DNA of 28,470 bases from a virus (lineage: Duplodnaviria > Caudoviricetes), in the IMG/VR virus record IMGVR_UViG_3300017766_002511, positions 1 to 28,470 of that record. One strand, given 5' to 3'. The translations under genes were made by a program, and so were the position numbers. The notes under the pieces were generated by a model. That model made no database searches and was not told where the DNA came from. It saw only the letters and a program-made list of their open reading frames with translations. Position 1 is the first letter of the stretch, and each line of letters starts with the position of its first letter. Below, in pieces: positions 25,417 to 28,470 of the stretch.

Positions 25417-27906
25417 ATGGTTGAGTTTCAGTTCTACCGTCCGCAAGCCAACGCACTCGAACAGCTCTGGTCTCAGTACGCGCAAGCGCGAGGCCAGCAA
25501 GGAGGTGCGTTTGAGCGAGGCTTTGCGCCTGGCATGATGGCTGGGTTTGAAGGGATCGCCAAGGGTTTGACAGGGAAGGCTGAGATTCAAGCTCGGGCAA
25601 CAGAGCGCGAAGAAGACCGCAACTTCCAGCGCGGCTTGATTGCTGAGAAGAATGCTGCTGAAGAAAACGACCGCAAGCGTCTTGCTGCTCAAGACTTTGA
25701 TGTCGCGTACCAGCTTTGGAAGGGTAAAGGATTATCCGACCTAGATGCGCTTGCTCGCGCTTCAGAAACCAAAAACGAGCGCTCTACTCTTGCAGTCATG
25801 GCGACTGAAGAAGCGACGCAGAATGCTAATGCAAAAAAGGCCGCAGCGGATGCAGAGGCTGCGCGACTGCAGAGCGAGCGCAGTGAAGCAGGTTCGCTAT
25901 TTACTGCGTTGCAAGGCGACAAGCTGACTGACCCCATTGCCCTTCAAGGAGCAATGGACGAGGTAAACAGCGCAGACGAACGTTTGATCCTTGAGGGTAA
26001 GAAAAAGCTGCGCACCTTGACGCAGGAGTCAAGGCAGCGCAGTGCGTTGATGACAAACATCGACGAGTTGCTCGCCTTTGGCGACTTGGCTGCTGCCGCA
26101 CGTCAAGGCAAGACGCTTGTGCAGCCTGGTAAGGAAGATGAGTTCACCAAAGATCGCAACGTCCTCATCGGCGCCAAGCAAGTCATGCTTGATTCGCGAT
26201 TATGGGGGGCCAAAAGCCCTGCGGATCAGCAGGCCATCGTCAAGGCAGCAGAGGAAGCGTCGATCAATATCCGCACGCTGACGTCACCCAACCCGTACCA
26301 AGATCCGCGTTTGCGCGATGAGTACTCCAAACAAGGCTTGCGGAACTGGCTGCAGCTTGGAGACGCCAAGGCGCCTGTTGTCTTCTACAACGGCCAAGTT
26401 GCTGGCGTTACGCCAGAGGACAAGGCTTCGCTAGACCTGTGGATCAACAAACAGATTAGCAACGACCCGATCCTTCGCAACCTGTTGCGCGATCAAGGCG
26501 TTGACCAGAACCTTGTGCAGACGGCACTTGCCGCTGGCAGCACGGATGGCATCTTGCAGTTGTTGGGTACGACTACGCCTAGCGGCTCGGACGTTCGCAC
26601 GCTGATCGAACAGGCTCGCACGCGCATCACCAAGGATACGCTGCGTTCGATGGGCGTGCGTGTCGTGGATCCTCAGATCCCTGAAGGCGTGAACGTCATT
26701 CAAGCTCTGCAGCCCACGCAACAAGCAGAGGTCGCCCGTATCGTTCAAGCGTTTGAGGCGCAAACCCAGCAGACGACTGGCCGCAACGCTACTGACCAAG
26801 AGGTTGCGCAGCACTTGTTGAGCAAGGGTTACCTTGACCTTGAGGATGTAGCCCAAGGCACGTTGTCAGAGCAGCCTGCGCAAACGGCAAAGCCCATTGC
26901 CGGCGCTGGAGCAACCGCCACATCTGCTACAACTTCTGCGGCAGGTGCAGCTCAACCAGAACCTGAGAACTTCAACCGCACCGAGAAGGTTCAAACGAAT
27001 CGGGATGCCTTACTTAAGCAAGTAATCCCCGATTCAAAGAACTGGCTAAACAAAGTTGCTACTGGCACGTCAACTGCTGATGACTTGAATGGTCTGGCGC
27101 AGTCAGCCAAGCGGCTCGGGTATTCTCCTGAAGGCATGAAGGCGATGCAGCAGTACTTCAAGGATCCGCAAAACCGCGTGTCTATTGTCAAGCCGCAGCA
27201 GTTCAGCAGCTTGAATCTGCAGCAGCAGAACTACATCGACGTTGCATCAAAGGCTGCGGCTGCGATTGCCGGCACATACATCGGCAACCCAGAGTCTAGG
27301 GCCAAGGTTCAACAAGCTGTCGAAACCGTTGCTCGTAAGGCGGCAAGCGCCTACTTCGACTTTGATGAGCTTGTTGAGTTGACGAACAAGGAGATCAAGT
27401 CAGCGGCTCGTTCGATGGTCAACACGCGCATGCCCAACGGGCAGAAGCTGACCACGATTATCGCAGACCAGATTAAATCCAAGTTCGATGATGTTGCGGA
27501 GTTCTTTGCAACGGTCATCAACGAAGGCCCGATTGATGCGTTGAAGATGGCTGGCAAGGGCGCGAAGAAAACAGTGTCAGGTGGACTTGAGCGCTCCACT
27601 CGCATCCCCCGCCAGGCCATTGGGCCTGTGGCTGAGAAGGTTGGCACAGGCTTGATCACTGCAGGTGATCGTTTGTTGGACGTGCCGAAAAGAGTTGGCG
27701 AGCTGGCCGGTGGATATAAGGTCAACTACAAGCCGACGTATAAAGGTGGCACGCTTCCGAACATCGAGGCTTATGGAAACCGTGTGATGCCTGGAACGCC
27801 GCGAGCTATTCCTGCTGCGCCGCCGAGCGCACCAGTTGTTCCAGGTCAATACGACGTTGAAGCCATCAAGAAGATGATGCGCGAAGGCTACTTCTCAATC
27901 CGATAA
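25417..27906 (+). CDS. Internal virion / ejection protein
   Basis: 829 aa, Ala/Gln-rich and helical; GAGGT SD; second gene of the ejection cluster. Confidence 0.65.
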   Translation: MVEFQFYRPQANALEQLWSQYAQARGQQGGAFERGFAPGMMAGFEGIAKGLTGKAEIQARATEREEDRNFQRGLIAEKNAAEENDRKRLAAQDFDVAYQLWKGKGLSDLDALARASETKNERSTLAVMATEEATQNANAKKAAADAEAARLQSERSEAGSLFTALQGDKLTDPIALQGAMDEVNSADERLILEGKKKLRTLTQESRQRSALMTNIDELLAFGDLAAAARQGKTLVQPGKEDEFTKDRNVLIGAKQVMLDSRLWGAKSPADQQAIVKAAEEASINIRTLTSPNPYQDPRLRDEYSKQGLRNWLQLGDAKAPVVFYNGQVAGVTPEDKASLDLWINKQISNDPILRNLLRDQGVDQNLVQTALAAGSTDGILQLLGTTTPSGSDVRTLIEQARTRITKDTLRSMGVRVVDPQIPEGVNVIQALQPTQQAEVARIVQAFEAQTQQTTGRNATDQEVAQHLLSKGYLDLEDVAQGTLSEQPAQTAKPIAGAGATATSATTSAAGAAQPEPENFNRTEKVQTNRDALLKQVIPDSKNWLNKVATGTSTADDLNGLAQSAKRLGYSPEGMKAMQQYFKDPQNRVSIVKPQQFSSLNLQQQNYIDVASKAAAAIAGTYIGNPESRAKVQQAVETVARKAASAYFDFDELVELTNKEIKSAARSMVNTRMPNGQKLTTIIADQIKSKFDDVAEFFATVINEGPIDALKMAGKGAKKTVSGGLERSTRIPRQAIGPVAEKVGTGLITAGDRLLDVPKRVGELAGGYKVNYKPTYKGGTLPNIEAYGNRVMPGTPRAIPAAPPSAPVVPGQYDVEAIKKMMREGYFSIR

Positions 27907-27907
27907 C

Positions 27908-28470
27908 ATGGAACCGAATCAAAGCCCTGCATCTGGTGCCGTGCCTGCACCCCAGTCTGTTGCTGACAGATCGGCTGCATACCTGCGCAAGGTGGGCATT
28001 GATCCAAACATTGACACTCGCACGCCTGTTCAGCGTCGGCTAGCGCGATACAACGCATTCTACGGCAACGCACCAGCCAACCAGCCGCCGCCTCCGCCTG
28101 GCTCCAATCCGGCGGCAATGACGGGTGAAGACCCGACGTTCTGGGAATACGCGGCAGGCATTGGTGATGCGCTGGTGTCGAGCGCAGCTAGCAGCACCGA
28201 CCAGATCCAAGAAGCCCTCTTTAAGTATGCGCACGACTTCATGCTCAACCGCAACATTCCGTTGTGGGACCGCGATGACAAGTATCGCGCAGAGATCGAT
28301 GGCCTTGCAGCGGCTAAGTACGGCGGAGACAAGAACAAGGCCCAGCAAGAAGCATGGGACTTGTTCGGTCGTAAGAAGTTCGAGGAGACTCGTGCTCGTT
28401 TCTCTGCTCTAGGTGTTACGGCTACTGCCTTTGACTTTGCCACAGGCGCTCAAACACATAAAGCCGTAAA
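27908..28470 (+). CDS. Large internal virion protein, 3'-truncated (not in the ORF track)
   Basis: ATG 1 nt after the previous stop; open to the window end (MEPNQSPASGAVPAPQSVADRSAAYLRKVG...TFWEYAAGIGDALVSS...). Confidence 0.75.
   Translation, partial: MEPNQSPASGAVPAPQSVADRSAAYLRKVGIDPNIDTRTPVQRRLARYNAFYGNAPANQPPPPPGSNPAAMTGEDPTFWEYAAGIGDALVSSAASSTDQIQEALFKYAHDFMLNRNIPLWDRDDKYRAEIDGLAAAKYGGDKNKAQQEAWDLFGRKKFEETRARFSALGVTATAFDFATGAQTHKAV

Overview
This window is part of a dsDNA tailed-phage genome with podovirus-like (P22/T7-style) gene order, almost all on the + strand. It starts with a compositionally odd left end: a truncated ORF, a terminator, short tandem repeats and a G/T-skewed spacer. 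Next come a formylglycine-type sulfatase, small basic proteins, a terminase-small-subunit candidate and a holin-like gene. An inverted replication-initiator cassette (YdaU/DUF1376-like, with an ori-like iteron cluster) follows. The terminase large subunit is split into separate ATPase and nuclease genes, with a small ORF between them. The rest is the virion module: portal, scaffold, major capsid, Thr-rich virion protein, adaptor, a 2755-aa tail nozzle with large inserted lectin-like modules, and ejection/internal virion proteins running off the right edge. The most unusual points are the split terminase, the phage-borne sulfatase together with the giant lectin-loaded nozzle, overlapping divergent promoters between replication and packaging genes, and a possible +1 shifty stop at the capsid gene end. 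All assignments come from motif recognition by eye; no searches were run.
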